A stretch of 61,074 nucleotides of DNA, filler included, from Basidioascus undulatus (GCA_000826855.1; 4 parts of 4 records of this genome joined end to end with filler, not necessarily neighbours in it); one strand, 5' to 3'; positions 36,165 through 51,564 are shown, counted from the first letter of the whole stretch. Made by a program: numbers and translations. Notes: generated by a model not told the origin, from the letters alone.

Positions 36165-38119
36165 TCAATCACTGCCGTTCACCACGGCCGGCGGGCTCGC
36201 CGCTCCCGGCGGCGATGCACGCAGAGCCTCCTCCTTCACTTGCTCCAGAGTGGGTATATCGCTCGCCTCCAGCCGCTCGATGGTGCCGTCATCGTTGCGA
36301 ATAGTGACGCTACCGTCGGCGTTGCCCTGCGGCAAGCTCCGGGTAAGATTCAGAAACCTCATTAGGCGCCAGGTGAAGGGAAGATGCTGACGAAGTAAGC
36401 CGCTGTGGCCATGCCGCAGAACAAGCCGACTTCGACGATACCGGTCAGCATCTGACAACGGTCAGGACATTAGCAAGATGACGCTGGTGCTGTGAGAAGC
36501 GAGAGAATCAACCTTGATCTTGTGCAGGAGCGCCTCGGGCTGGGAGCGGGGATTTTTAAGTCAGCAACGGCTCATGCTTCAGCTCAGCGTCTGTACGCTC
36601 ACGTTGGAGTAGTGCTCATCGTCAAACTGAGCGTCGATGCAGAAGCAGCCGTTGTCGGTCACGACCGGTCCAGCCTTGGCCTTGCCCATGCGCAGCGTCG
36701 CGTTCTTGCAGCCGGGAATCTTGTGCAAATTGCCGAGCACCTTGGCGTACGCGAAGGGCGCCACTTCGATCTAGCGGAAATGGTGAAAAGAGGTTGAGTG
36801 GAAGATCAGGCTATCACCAGGAAGAGACAAGATGCTCGCACAGGGATGCCTTGAGTCCAGGAAGTGCCCAGAACCGCACTGCGTAATTAAGACGCCAACA
36901 TCAGTGAATGCGAAGCAGCGACTCGAGCTGGACCCCTCACGAGTTTCTGACGGAACACCGAAAAGCGTCAGCGTCGGTCCCCAAGAGTGAAAATGAAATG
37001 GAATGCGGTTTACTTGCGGTAGTCCGCAACGATGATGAACCTGTGCCATTCGTTCAGTCTTCGTCGAAGCCGGACATACATCAAATAACGCACTTCTCCG
37101 CCGCTTCGGCCAAGACTTTCTCGCGGAGATGGCAGGCACCGCCGCCCTTGATCGCGTTAAGGTTGACGTCGACCCTAGCTCACCTTGCCTCAGTCGAGCT
37201 GGACAAAGTGGAAGAAGCAGCACGTACTCGTCGGCGCCGTCAATGTCGACGTCGATGTCCGGGTACTGGCTGTGGAAAAGGAGGTAAGCAACGTTGCAAT
37301 GAAGAAACGATTGGGATAGTTATGTACTCGACATCACCAAGAACCAGCCCGCCCGACACGATGAGCTCCTTTGCCTGAAAGGCTATGAGAACATGTCTCG
37401 GTCAGTGGATGGACAGAAGGGTGCGGCACTGAAAGGGGAGCCCATACATGTCGGGATAAACTTGCGGCCCCGGTTGATCTCCTCCCCTTGCGCAACGATG
37501 CGCTCGACCACGTAAGCTGGGGAGCAAGGTTTGGTCAGATCCCCTCCGCCAGTCGCCCTGTCGCGAGGCAGCTCATGTTCGAACGCGGAGACGACTCACG
37601 AACTGTCGACCCCGACCCAATGCCGATCACCTTGTGCTCCGGCAGCACATAGTGGTCGACCGCCGCCCAAGCAGCCAGCTGCTTGCTTTTCTCGATCATC
37701 TTGGCAAGATCCTGAGCCGGCTCGACCGCGTACTTGCGCTCGTCGCCGACCATCTGACTCGGTACGGGATCGAGAGGAGGCTCCTCGACGGGCGTCTGCG
37801 TGCCGTTGAGCAGGCTAATGCCGAAGCGGCCGCTGCGTCCCGAAGAATTGCTCATCGTGCGCGGTTTCGGCTTCGTAGCCTGAGTAACGGCTTTCGAGTC
37901 GAGCGAGAATAAATGAAGCATGTCGGCCGCGGCGGAGGGAGTCACGGACCGGGAGGTGTGGAACTGGGTCGGGTCGGGCTTGTCGCCTTCTATAGGTTCC
38001 AGAGGCTCAAGTGGATGATGAAGTCCCGCCACGGCTGGCGATGGCTGGGTGAGAACAGAGAGAGTGCATCAGCTGGCAGGGGGAGGCAGGCGAAGAAGCA
38101 AGCCATGGGGGCTTACCAT
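36165..38119 (-). CDS. RKI1: Ribose-5-phosphate isomerase A with N-terminal extension
   Basis: VIGIGSGSTV/PYVVERI, DIDGADE, IKGGGACHLREKV, KAGPVVTDNG. The start ATG at 38119 is directly followed by a GTAAGC intron that resumes in frame at 38044. Confidence 0.93.
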
Positions 38120-38544
38120 GATGGCTGGCGGGGCGTGACTTGAGCAGATACGGAGCAAGCGTATACAGCGTCAGTAGTTTGGGTCGGAGGCAACGAGAGG
38201 ACGAAAGAAAGAAGACGGTGGGGCTGGTGGTGGGGCTGAAGGTGAAGGCGAGGGAGGAAGAGCCCGAACTTTGTTCGATGACACAAGCAAGAGACAAGAG
38301 ATCGGCCGGCCCGGCGTTCCGCCGCACGTGGATTTTAGCTGAATGCGATACTCTTTCTCGAAGATCAACACTTGCTCGGCACACGAGGTAGGTAGGAAGA
38401 ATGTATTCATGCCAGTTGCAAGGTCGAGACATGTCATGATGATAAGTACAACAAACACGGGGTATACTTGCGCTAGTACAAAGGTCATGGGGGAAGGCTC
38501 GAAAGAGGCATAAACGCGAATGCTGAACGCGGACTCGCCGTTCT

Positions 38545-40346
38545 TCACTTCTGGGAGGCGGCGTTCACAGCCGCGACACGAGCAGCATATGCGGCAGGTG
38601 GGGCGGGTTTGCGGGACTGGATGCGAGAGTCCTCGGCAGCGGCGAAACCAGGGATGCGGATGTTGTAGTTGCGCTCTGCGTGACGGTCATCAGCACAGCA
38701 TTACGGCGAGGACATGTTGCAAACGAAACGCACCCAAATGCAGCTGCAAGTCCTTCACCTCCAAAGTATCGCCCTTGCGGTGCTTCGCGAGCTGGCAGGC
38801 GAAGTTGGTGACGGAGTCGATGAACTCGTCCGCGATCTCCAGAAGCAGCTATCATGTCGAGCCAAGGTCAGGGAACGATGGCAAGACATGCAGCAACCCC
38901 GAACGTACGTCTTCGACATCCGGCTCTAGCTTCTCTTCTGGGTCTATGCTGGCAACGAGCTCCTGGATCTTCCTCTTCCCCAGCAGCTTGCCCTTGTCCT
39001 CGTCCGCTTGCGCGCCCGCCTCGTCGGCCGCACCGCCTTTATTCAGCCCCAGCGCGTCTTCCCACCCACTGGCGCCTGGCCGCTGCTGCACCGCGGGCCC
39101 GCCGAGGACAGGCCCGCCCGCTAGACCCGAGGTCAGCGTTGGTCGCGACCCGGACGGATGCGCCTCCGCAGCGAACGACGTGTTCGGCGCCTTGTCGGGA
39201 ATTGGCAGGCCTCGCGAATCGGACGAGAGAGAGGAGCCCGCAGCGATGGCTGCTGCTGCAGCGGCGACCGATGAGGATGGTACAGCGGGAGGGGGAGTGG
39301 CGATGCCGGCCATGGTGCCGAGGGCGGGAGAGGCGGTGCGAGGAATGGGCGTCGTGCCACGCACGCCGTTCGCGGCGGCTGCGCGGACGGCAGGGCTGCC
39401 GGGTGCGGGAGACCCGCCTGGCCGAACAGCGCCGTTTATGGCCGGAGACGCAGTGCGACCTGCCTGAGCAGCACCGGCAGCACCCGCGCGTTGAGCCTGC
39501 TGAGCGCGCTGCTGCTCGTGAAGCCGAGCGAGACCACGAAGCTGGAGAGGGCAGGTCTAGGGTCAGTGCGTTGACAGAGCAACATGAACATGGCCTCGAG
39601 CCGCACGTTTCCAACTCTGTGCGGCGGTACGCACGACATCGCGCAACGCCCATGAGCCTCCAGTCGAACGGAAAGCTCACCTGGTTCATCTGGTCCTGAT
39701 TCAGCATCCCGCGCCTCGCCATCTCCAACAACGTCGGCAGCTGCTGCATCATCGCCTGCATGTTCTGCAACATTGTCGATTGCGCCGTCGGCGCGGATGC
39801 GGCTGGGACGGGTGTTGGGGCGGGTGCGGGAGTGGCCGCGGAGGAGGAGGAGGAGGAGAGGGACGTGAGGCCGGAGAGGAGGGAAGCGAGGTTGTTGGCC
39901 GGAGCGGAAGCGGCGCGGGACTGGGACTGCTGGAGGGCTTGCTGTGCCTGGAGGAGCGCGAGGAGAGCGCCGAGGTTGTTGGTCTGCTGCTGCACGGCAG
40001 TCGCGGCACTGCTCGTCCCCGCCGATGCCGCACCAGCAGCAGGAGCGGACGACGACGCGGCGGCCGCCGCCGCCTGCTGGTGTTTCTTCTTCGGCTGGAC
40101 AGTGACCGTGATCCCCGCGAAGCCGGGCCCGAGCGGCCTGCCCGCCTTGAGCCGCTCCTTCGCGCGCTGCACGACGATGTGCTGCAGGATGGCGATGGCC
40201 TGCCCGGCCCCGACGGTCTGGAGGTGCGCGAGCTGCTCGGCGGTCAGGTGCGCGAAGATCTCCGGGTGGAGCCAGAGCGCCTTGTTGTGAAGCGAGACGG
40301 GCGGGGGGTCGGCCGAGTGCGGCAGGCGCTCGACGCGGATGGACAT
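38545..40346 (-). CDS. TAF12: TFIID/SAGA subunit TAF12
   Basis: Histone fold [72 protein letters not shown], preceded by a long Q/A-rich N-terminus. Confidence 0.92.
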
Positions 40347-40452
40347 GGGCGTTTCGGGGGGGAGGGTCGAGAGGCCCGGCGATGCGGCGATCGCTTGCGC
40401 GGCTGCCAGGCGCGCCGCTTTCGCGACTGTCGTGGGAGCTGAGGGGGTCGGG

Positions 40453-40552
40453 NNNNNNNNNNNNNNNNNNNNNNNNNNNNNNNNNNNNNNNNNNNNTTAA
40501 TTAATTAANNNNNNNNNNNNNNNNNNNNNNNNNNNNNNNNNNNNNNNNNNNN
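40453..40552. other. Artificial contig spacer
   Basis: N44-TTAATTAATTAA-N44. Confidence 0.99.
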
Positions 40553-41130
40553 AGCGTGTCGGACAGGGTGAGGTGGCGGAGGTTCGGCAGCTTCTCAAGC
40601 GAGGGGAAGGCCGACGAGGGGAGCGCGACGGGGAAATTGCCATTTCGGGTAGTTCCTGTGCCTTTACGTCAAGTATCAGCCTCCCCAACCTGAAAGCTCA
40701 GAGCAGCCCACATCCAGTACTTACGCCAAACGACCCTTTCCGCGTTCACGAGCGCAAAGAGACAATCCAGCTCCCTCGTGTCCCTGCACTCGGCACACCT
40801 CAAATCCACCACAAGCATCCGCACGGAGAGCTTCTCCCCCTCGTCCAGCTCGAGCCCGCTAAGCGTCGCCTGCCCAAACACAGGACGGCATCGCACCTCG
40901 AGCACCTCGACTGCGCTGCGCGCATCCGCATCGCGCCGGAGCAGCGCGTCCTTGTGGCTCAGGAGCGCGACGAAGGACCGCGTGGTCCGTATGCAGAGGT
41001 GACGGTATAAGAGTGGTCGGGCCAGCTGCGCCCAGAGCGTGCAGACGAGCGCGAAGGAGGGCGTCGGCGGGTCGCAGTACCCCAGGATGTGCGCGTGCAG
41101 CTCTGGGGGAAGGTTCTGCAGGACGGCCAT
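40553..41130 (-). CDS. F-box protein, 3'-truncated by contig end
   Basis: MAVLQNLPPELHAHILGYC...FALVCTLWAQLARPLLYRHL is an F-box signature. A GTAAGT intron at ~40722 is followed by an exon open to the gap. Confidence 0.8.
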
Positions 41131-41914
41131 GGGGAGGCCGGTTGGTGAAGGAAGAAAACTAGTGTGGTGATAGAGATCCCGTGGCTCTCTTGTGTTGAAA
41201 GTATGTGAAAGCAAGGACATGGTTGGCACTCGCGGCTGCGAGCCCGGTGCGGTCGGTGACTGCTCATAGCGCGTTGAGAAGTCGGATGACCAGACGGGCT
41301 TGATTCAAGCAAGTACACCACGGCAGATAACTATCTTGTGAACTTACCTGGAAAGTCAGAGGTAGCTTCATAGAATCGACAAAAAAGGGGCCTACACTGA
41401 ACTGTGAGTTGGGTGTTGGCAACGTCGAGTCGGCTGAACGTCGCAGTGTCCCGGCTGTCACGAACCCGACCTGCCCGTTTCCTTCAATATGTTCAATCCG
41501 AAGCTTCTGACAGTATTCTATATATATTCCTCAGCAACATGACCCACCGAAGGCATCGTCGGGCAGGCATCCCCAAGTGTTGCAACTGCTGCATGGCAGT
41601 GTGCCTCCCGGGTGTGCGAACATCGCTGGCACCGGAGCTGTTCCTTTCCCCACCACAACCAACGTTATTTGTATTTCACTCCGCACTCTCCACAAAATAA
41701 TAATCTCAGCCCTATACACGACGGCGGGCGTGCGAGGCGTCGACTCTGATATCATGAACTCACTACGTCATCTAAAGGAGCGGCTCGGTTCACCACCTGA
41801 AAGGCGCACATCAGCCCGCTCTTTCCTCCCACAATCACAACATCCACTTGATACCACTCCAAGCCCACTAACGAGTTAACGACCCCCACGTAGCACCCAC
41901 TTACACACACAACA

Positions 41915-42554
41915 ATGTTCCGCCTCACCGCTCTCCCCCGCGCCGCTGTCCCCCGCGCCGCTGTCCACGCTCGCACCTTCATCGCCTCCGCCGCGCAGGC
42001 GAAGACCCTCACTGACTCAGTGAAGGAGACCGCTGACAAGGTCAACAAGACGGTGCGTAATGATATCGTGGAGAGATAGGGACAGGGTGCTGATGTGCTG
42101 TGGGGCGCTTGCAGGTCGGCCAGAAGCTTGCGGGCGCGCTGGACAGTGCTGAGACTGCATCTGAGAAGGCGAAGGAGGCTACTGGTGCGTGCTCTCCCAA
42201 ACAGTGAAGCATGCGAAAATCGAGGTCTGACTTGCCGCTCCCTTCCCCACCGCCACACAGTCGGCACCACGCAGGAGGCTCGTCGTGCGTGCAAGATTTC
42301 TTCCTCAATCCGCTACCTCGCCCAATGCTAACTCATGTGCCTCTCGCCCTGAAGACAAGGCCGCCGAGCTCCGCGGGAAGGCGGAGTCGAAGGGCGAGGT
42401 CCTGAAGGAGAAGGGTGCGGAGGCGGCGAAGACGGCTGAGCAGAAGGGTGAGTCGCGTCCATTCTCATGAGACAGAAGGTGTGGCTGGGTGCTGATGTGC
42501 GTGTTGGGTTGGGGCGCGGTAGCGGAGGAGGCCAAGCGCGAGCTGAAGAAGTGA
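41915..42554 (+). CDS. Small mitochondria-targeted LEA-like hydrophilin, 5 exons
   Basis: Presequence MFRLTALPRAAVPRAAVHARTF, then A/E/K-rich helical repeats (DSVKETADKVNKT/VGQKLAGALDSAETASEKAKEA.../DKAAELRGKAESKGEVLKEKGAEAAKTAEQK/AEEAKRELKK*). Confidence 0.8.
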
Positions 42555-43570
42555 ACGTGAGGGAACGGTGCGTGATGAGGAGGGAGGGTATGCTTGAGTA
42601 GTGAAGAATGAATTTATGAAATAAGCTGAAAGCATCTGGATGATTAGCTTGGGGGAATGCTCTTAGCTTGATTTTTTAAAGCACCAACTGAGTTACCACT
42701 AACGACTCACTTAACGCAGTGGTGAGTTGCATACAAGAGCTCAAACAGGTCAAGCAACTGCAATGCACGTGCTGGGCATTGTCTACTTTCAGGCTGGGAC
42801 CCTTTGGATCCAAGATTCTCGGTCGTTCTTGGACGGTTCTGTGGGTGCAACTATGATTATCCTTATACAAGGTACTTCCTTTTCACCTAGGAACTGCGCG
42901 GCAAAGGGAACTGCAGGCCTTGCAAGGTGCGTTCTCCCGACAGTTTGTGCACACTCAGTTGACCCCCGCGCTTTTTGTTGTAATATTTCTTCCACTATAT
43001 TCCTGTATGGAGATCAGGGCTCGCATGTTTGCCCACCCGTCAGGCCAACCGGTGTTAAAGACCCTCCAGCCTTGCACCGCATGCCTTTCGCTGTCCACTC
43101 GCCACGGCGGCTCTCGCATACTCACCACCGCATCCGCTCTCCCTGACTTAGTGCATAACGGTAATTTCTTACTATTTTCCATTATATCACGCTATTTTGC
43201 CTGCTGTAGCCGCAACGTTCAGTCTTCATCGGCGGCCATCCCGGCTTGCTTGCCCGCGCTGCTGTCGAGCGCAGTCAAGTTAGCCCCGCGAGACAGTATC
43301 AAAACCATTTCTGACATTAACGTCGTTTGACGTAGTTTTTTCGCATACCGCGTGGAGCGAGTCGCCGTTCAGGATCTTGTCGGGTCGTCGGGTCGCATAT
43401 ATGTGTTCTGTCGCCCGGCACCTCCTGCTCTACATGCCCTTTCCTGAAACGAGAGATTGTGTGCCAGTTTAACTTCTCAGATTTTAAAGCTGTTGATATC
43501 CAACTTACATGTCCAAGGCACGGATAGGATAACGGACAGCCCGACCCTTTGCGGAGTCGGTTGAGGGTCG

Positions 43571-43606
43571 ACGCGTAGCAATTAAACTTCTGAGACATCG
43601 ACGCGT
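43571..43606 (+). promoter_or_regulatory. Two MCB (ACGCGT) boxes upstream of MCM3
   Basis: TCGACGCGT occurs twice (ACGCGT at 43571 and 43601), 155-190 nt before the MCM3 ATG. Confidence 0.6.
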
Positions 43607-43760
43607 CGCGCGCCTCCCGAGGAAGCTGCCCCTTCTCGGCCTCCTGCCCTTCATCCCCCCTTCATCCTCCTCATCGGCCACAGCGCCGCCGCCACCCTTT
43701 TCTTCCTATACCTTCCCTTACAAGGCACATAACTCCGCTAGGTTTTATTCGCGCTTTGTC

Positions 43761-46838
<3,078 letters not shown>

Positions 46839-47080
46839 TTGAGGCGGGCCGGGACTTCATAGGAGGAAGGATATCTGGCTTTTGCATGTCTGTTTGTATT
46901 TGTAGAACCTTTGTTATGGACGTCGATGTACTGGGGATTGTAGACCGCGTTCGATATGTTATCCATGGCCGCTTGCTGTTGCCCTTCCGGCATCTCCATC
47001 GCCATTCAGAATCTTGCTGCTAATTAGGGTGCGTCTTTGATTGCAAGATTCTTTGCAGGGTACATCGAGGTCTCAACTAA

Positions 47081-47098
47081 CCCGAAGTTAACTTCGGG
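47081..47098. repeat. Perfect 18-bp palindrome
   Basis: CCCGAAGTTAACTTCGGG equals its own reverse complement. Confidence 0.9.
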
Positions 47099-48100
47099 CA
47101 AGACGCGAGCCTACGCAACCTCAACACCGCTCTGCAGCTTGTCGGCGAACCGTAGGTCTGAATGAAGCTTTCGTTCCCTGAAGTACCATTCGCGTTCTCA
47201 TAGGTTCAGACAAGCTTTTCTCAGCCTTGGTCGATGTGACGGGTACATGCAGTCGGTTAAGAACGTCGATCGTGATCAACGTCGATGGATGCAAACAGGC
47301 TCGAACACGGTCCCTCGCAAAAGCCCCTCGGTTGGCGCAGTTAGGACAGAGGCTTTTCGTCATTTGTAGACTTTCGACGGCCGCGAACAAACACGAACGG
47401 ACGAAAGAACGTGCAACAGCAAGTGCAACAGTTACGTAGACGGAGCGAGTCGGGCAGTCCATCCGAGCTTTCAGCTGAATGCTGCGAGAAGGATGCGCAG
47501 CTCGCACACGTGTTAACGTTGGCCGATAGCAGCTCTGCTCAAGCTACGCAGACTATTCTCAGATCACTTTCATCATGAAAAGATATCGTCGCTTTCGACC
47601 TATTCGGCTCCATCTTGAACGCGCAAAACAGCAACCACAACAACGAGAATGCAAAGCCCGGATGCGGATGTATTTTCTGCCCGCGAGCCCGGCCTCTCCC
47701 GCACCGGGCGAAACCGCTCCCTCCACCGCTCCGCTTGCCAATTGCCGGGTGTTGAGCCTCAACACTCGTTACAGCTCCGCTCATCTCCAAAGTACGAGTC
47801 GAGTCATGAATATTCTCGCGCAGGGGGCCTCAGTTTGAGGATGGCGGCGTCCCGTTGGATAGTCAGCTGCATGGATCGCCCCTTGGATTGTTTGCCCCAT
47901 CGGAACAAGATTGGGGACGCAGCAGGCAATCAGCTCATGCATGACCTATGATAACGACCGGACCGCTCGCAGCGCATCCGGAAGGTACTTGAACCCCTCC
48001 CGCTCGCTCCCGTTTCTTGATCCATAACCACCTGCATCTGCTCCATTAAACTATACACATCTCTTCAATACTTTCTATCGAATCCACCCAAAGCACTACA

Positions 48101-48388
48101 ATGGCCTTCCTCGCTGTCCGAGCCTCGTCCCGCGTCGCTGCTCGCGCTTTCTCCACCTCGCGCGCTGCGTTCAACCAGCCTTCCATCCAGGTGCGTGTAT
48201 AAGTCTCATCCGTCATTGTTCCCGTGAGATATGCGTTCTGATCCCACTGTGCTGCCCAGTCTTCCGCCCCCTCTCCTTCGTCGCTCCCCTCGGCCATCGC
48301 TGGGCTCAGCAAGGTCTCCTCCAACGGCTCTGCCCACGTCGTCGCCGGGGACGAGCCCTTCCAGGTCACCAAGGCTCCCTCCGCGTGA
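48101..48388 (+). CDS. 72-aa microprotein with mitochondrial-type presequence, 2 exons
   Basis: ACAATGG context. MAFLAVRASSRVAARAFSTSRAAFNQPSIQ, GTGCGT...CAG intron 48191-48259, then SSAPSPSSLPSAIAGLSKVSSNGSAHVVAGDEPFQVTKAPSA*. Codon usage resembles a highly expressed gene. Confidence 0.6.
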
Positions 48389-49059
48389 GGTGGGCCGCAC
48401 AATTCACTAGGGTTGATGAGAAGCGAGGGGTGACCGGAGGGCGTGCTGGGCAAGGAGGTTGCTGAGTGAGGGGTCCACGATGCGCCACGACTGCAACGCT
48501 GCTGTATATGCTTTGAACATGAGAGGGCGAGGCCCCGTTGAGGGACTCCTAATGGACATTTATACAATAATAATAATTTCTTACTGTGTAGTTGTGTGCT
48601 CTCCATGCTTGCCTGCCATGCCCTTGCGGCACAGTCTAGCAACCGCTCTGCACAGCGAGCGCAACGTTGTGATTGCACGCAGCTTGGACCGGCCCGCTGT
48701 GGCTAGGCCCTGTAATAAGGCCCTGGCCTCCTGACAAACGCCTCAGCACGCCTCGCGAGTCGCTCTGCAGCTGCGTTTTGTCCGAGCCCGACGTGAGAGC
48801 GGATATCAGCATGACCTGCTTCGACCCAGGTTGGGATGCCGAGCAAACATCGCGCACCTGTAATGTGGAACCCTGGCCCGGCATGCGGCCTGCCTTTTTC
48901 TACACCGGCATGGTAACTTTGACATCCAGCAAGCATCAAATAGCAAACGCAACAAAAGAAGGAAGCAAAAAGTCTTTATAGAGCATCGTCCGTCCCCTCG
49001 AAGCATCCCCAACACCGCCCTGCCCCCGCCTTGTCCCGACCCCCATCCCGGTAGCCAGT

Positions 49060-50763
49060 TTACCGCCTCTTCTTCTTGCTGACGACCTTGAACTGTTCCG
49101 TCTGCACGGGCTTCGGCTGCGTCTTGACGATGTCCGCGAGGCTCGTTGAGCTCGTCATCCCCCCGTTCCGGTCCTCCTTGCGCCGCTTGACAAACTCGGC
49201 TGCGAATCGGCGGCCGTCGAGCGTGGACGAGCTGGCGTAGACTGCGCATGGGAAAAGGAGTGAGGACTGCGTCAGTATACGAGGTGGGGTAAAGAGACTT
49301 ATGGCGTAGACGAAGCGACGACGTACCCATGTCCTGGATCGCCTCCATGTCCGGGCGGTCAATGTCGAACGACAGCAGCAGCTGGAGGAAGTCGTCGACT
49401 GCAGGCAGGCAAGAACGGGCGCAAGTCAGCACTCGAGTCTCTTCAATACTCATCTCAGCAGCAAAGACGCACCGTTAACGCCGTTCAAGCCCTGCAGCGC
49501 CGCGCGGCACCACTTGAGGAAGTCCTCGCTGGGGCCGGTCGACTTGCGGGCGCTCGCAGGCGCCTTCGGCGCGCTCGCAGGTGCGGAGGGCGTGGCGGGC
49601 TTAGCGATGCCGTTGCTGCCGGCTGCGGGGCGGAGCGCAGCGGGGGCGGTCGGGCGCGCGGCAGGGGCGGTGGGCGTCGCCTTGCCGCTGCTGCCGACAG
49701 TCGTCCAAACGCCGCTAGCGGCGGACAGCGCGGCCGTGGCCTGTTGCTGGTGGGGAGACAGGGTGGAGTATGAGTAACGGAGTGGTGGGAAGGATTTCGG
49801 GTGAGATGGATGGTACGCACCCTTGCGGCGATCTGGGCAGCCGACGCAGCGTATCCGCGCTGGCTGGCCGCACTGATGGCCTGCGCTTGCGCCTGCGCCT
49901 GCTGAGCAGCGGCCTTGCGCCGGCTCTCCTCCTCCTCCTGGATCTGCTTGAGCGTCTTCTTGGTCGACGTCGCGCCTGTCTGCCACGCGACGGCCGGCGC
50001 CGCGCTCGCAGCAGGCGACTGGGCCGCACCGGCCGCGGCCCCAGCGAGACCCCACGAGATCGTGCCGGGGACGATGTCGTCCGCGGCGGCAGCTGCTGAC
50101 GCGGACGCAGCAAACGCCGCGCGCTGGGCGGCCGCTTGGCGCTCGGCAGCCTTGCGCGCCTCCGCTTGCCTCGCTTCGGCCTCCTGGATGTCACGGAGCG
50201 ACGGCGATGGCGCGGCGGCCGTCGCGGCGGCCTCGTTCGCCTTCTCCGCCCACGGCGCGAGCTTGCTCACGGGCGCGGGCGACGCGGAGGACGGCGCAGT
50301 GCCGTTGATGAGGTCCGAGAGCTGGACGGAGACGCCCGAGTCCGCCTCAGCAGCGGCAGCAGTGACGGCGCGCTTCTGCTGCGCGTCGAACTCAGCCTTG
50401 GACACGACGCTGACCTTGCCTGCGGCGGACGATGGAGGCGCGGGCGCACGCGGCTTGGACGCCGCAGGGCCGGTCGGGACGCCCACGAGCTGCTGCTTCT
50501 TCGGGCCGGTGGGACTCATGATCTTCGGCTGGGTCGGGGGCGCGCGCGGCGGGGAGGCGACCTGCGGCTGCGGCTGAGCGGGGGCTGGCTCAGAGACAGG
50601 CGCGGCAACCGGGGCGGGAGCGGGGCCGGGCACAGGAACCGGTGCAGGTGCGGGCTCGGCGATGGGGGCCGGCGCACGCGCCTGGACAGTAGGCGAGGCG
50701 ACGGGCTCGGGAGCAGGCGCGGGCTGCTGAGGCTGGACCGGCGGCGCGGGGGCGGGCGCGGGG
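49060..50763 (-). CDS. C-terminal part of a SMY2/GIGYF-family (GYF) protein, 5'-truncated by contig end
   Basis: PSLRDIQEAEAR, KKTLKQIQEEEE, PSEDFLKWCRAALQGL, VDDFLQLLLSF, YASSSTLDGRRFAAEFVKRRKED, FKVVSKKKRR*. Confidence 0.85.
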
Positions 50764-50863
50764 NNNNNNNNNNNNNNNNNNNNNNNNNNNNNNNNNNNNN
50801 NNNNNNNTTAATTAATTAANNNNNNNNNNNNNNNNNNNNNNNNNNNNNNNNNNNNNNNNNNNN
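50764..50863. other. Artificial contig spacer
   Basis: N44-TTAATTAATTAA-N44. Confidence 0.99.
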
Positions 50864-51564
50864 CCTCCCCCTCCCCAACCGAGAAGCTCGTCCTGTCCTC
50901 CCTGCCCTGCCCCGTCCCGCTCTCGCGCATCCGCGCGCTGCTAGACGAGCACAGCAACGAGTGGGAGCACGTCGTGGAGCTCCTGCTGTCCGAGCTCGAG
51001 GCGCACACCTCTCCCAACCTCCCCACCACCAACCCGAACTCGAACGCAAACTCGCCGTCGGGCTCCCCACCTAAGGGCACCGAGCCCTTCTTCCGCGCTG
51101 GACCGTACCGCGACCCTGCGTCCCCCGCGCCGAGCAGCTCGACAGAAACAGTCGCGTCTACACACTCCCACTCCTCCGCTGCTGCGTCGCCCTCCCCCAA
51201 GCGCGATGCCGACTCCGACTCCGAGGGCTCCGCCGCGAGCGCTCCGAAGCGCAGGAAGGGGGTTGACACGCCCCCTGCGCATGCGCACCTTCCTCCTTTA
51301 AGCTCCGCATCCGCCGCCGCCTCAGACACCCCGGAGAAGGCGGCGGAGAACGAGCGGGTGGAAGGGAAGAAGGAGGGGAAAGAGAAAGTCGTGATCCGCC
51401 TGAAGCCGCGGGAGAGGCGGGCGCGGCGCGCGGAGGAGCGCACGCGCAAGGACAGGGAGAAGGGCCGCGAGCCGCGGGTAACGCGCGGGATGGCGGCCAA
51501 GGAAGGGATTACCATCCCGAGCGATGGGGGCGGGCTGGGCGGGCTGAAAGAGCTGCGGATCTGA
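50864..51564 (+). CDS. C-terminal part of an unknown protein (short helical bundle plus basic low-complexity tail; possibly OTU-family)
   Basis: Open from the contig start: EKLVLSSLP...LSRIRALLDEHSNEWEHVVELLL, a K/R-rich region, ending GGLKELRI*. The family guess is weak. Confidence 0.55.

Noticed and set aside
38520..40442. Long plus-strand ORFs opposite TAF12, and similar antisense ORFs over MCM3, SMY2, MSH4 and the KASH-like gene
   Set aside because: Shadow ORFs produced by high GC3 codon bias, with no motifs of their own.
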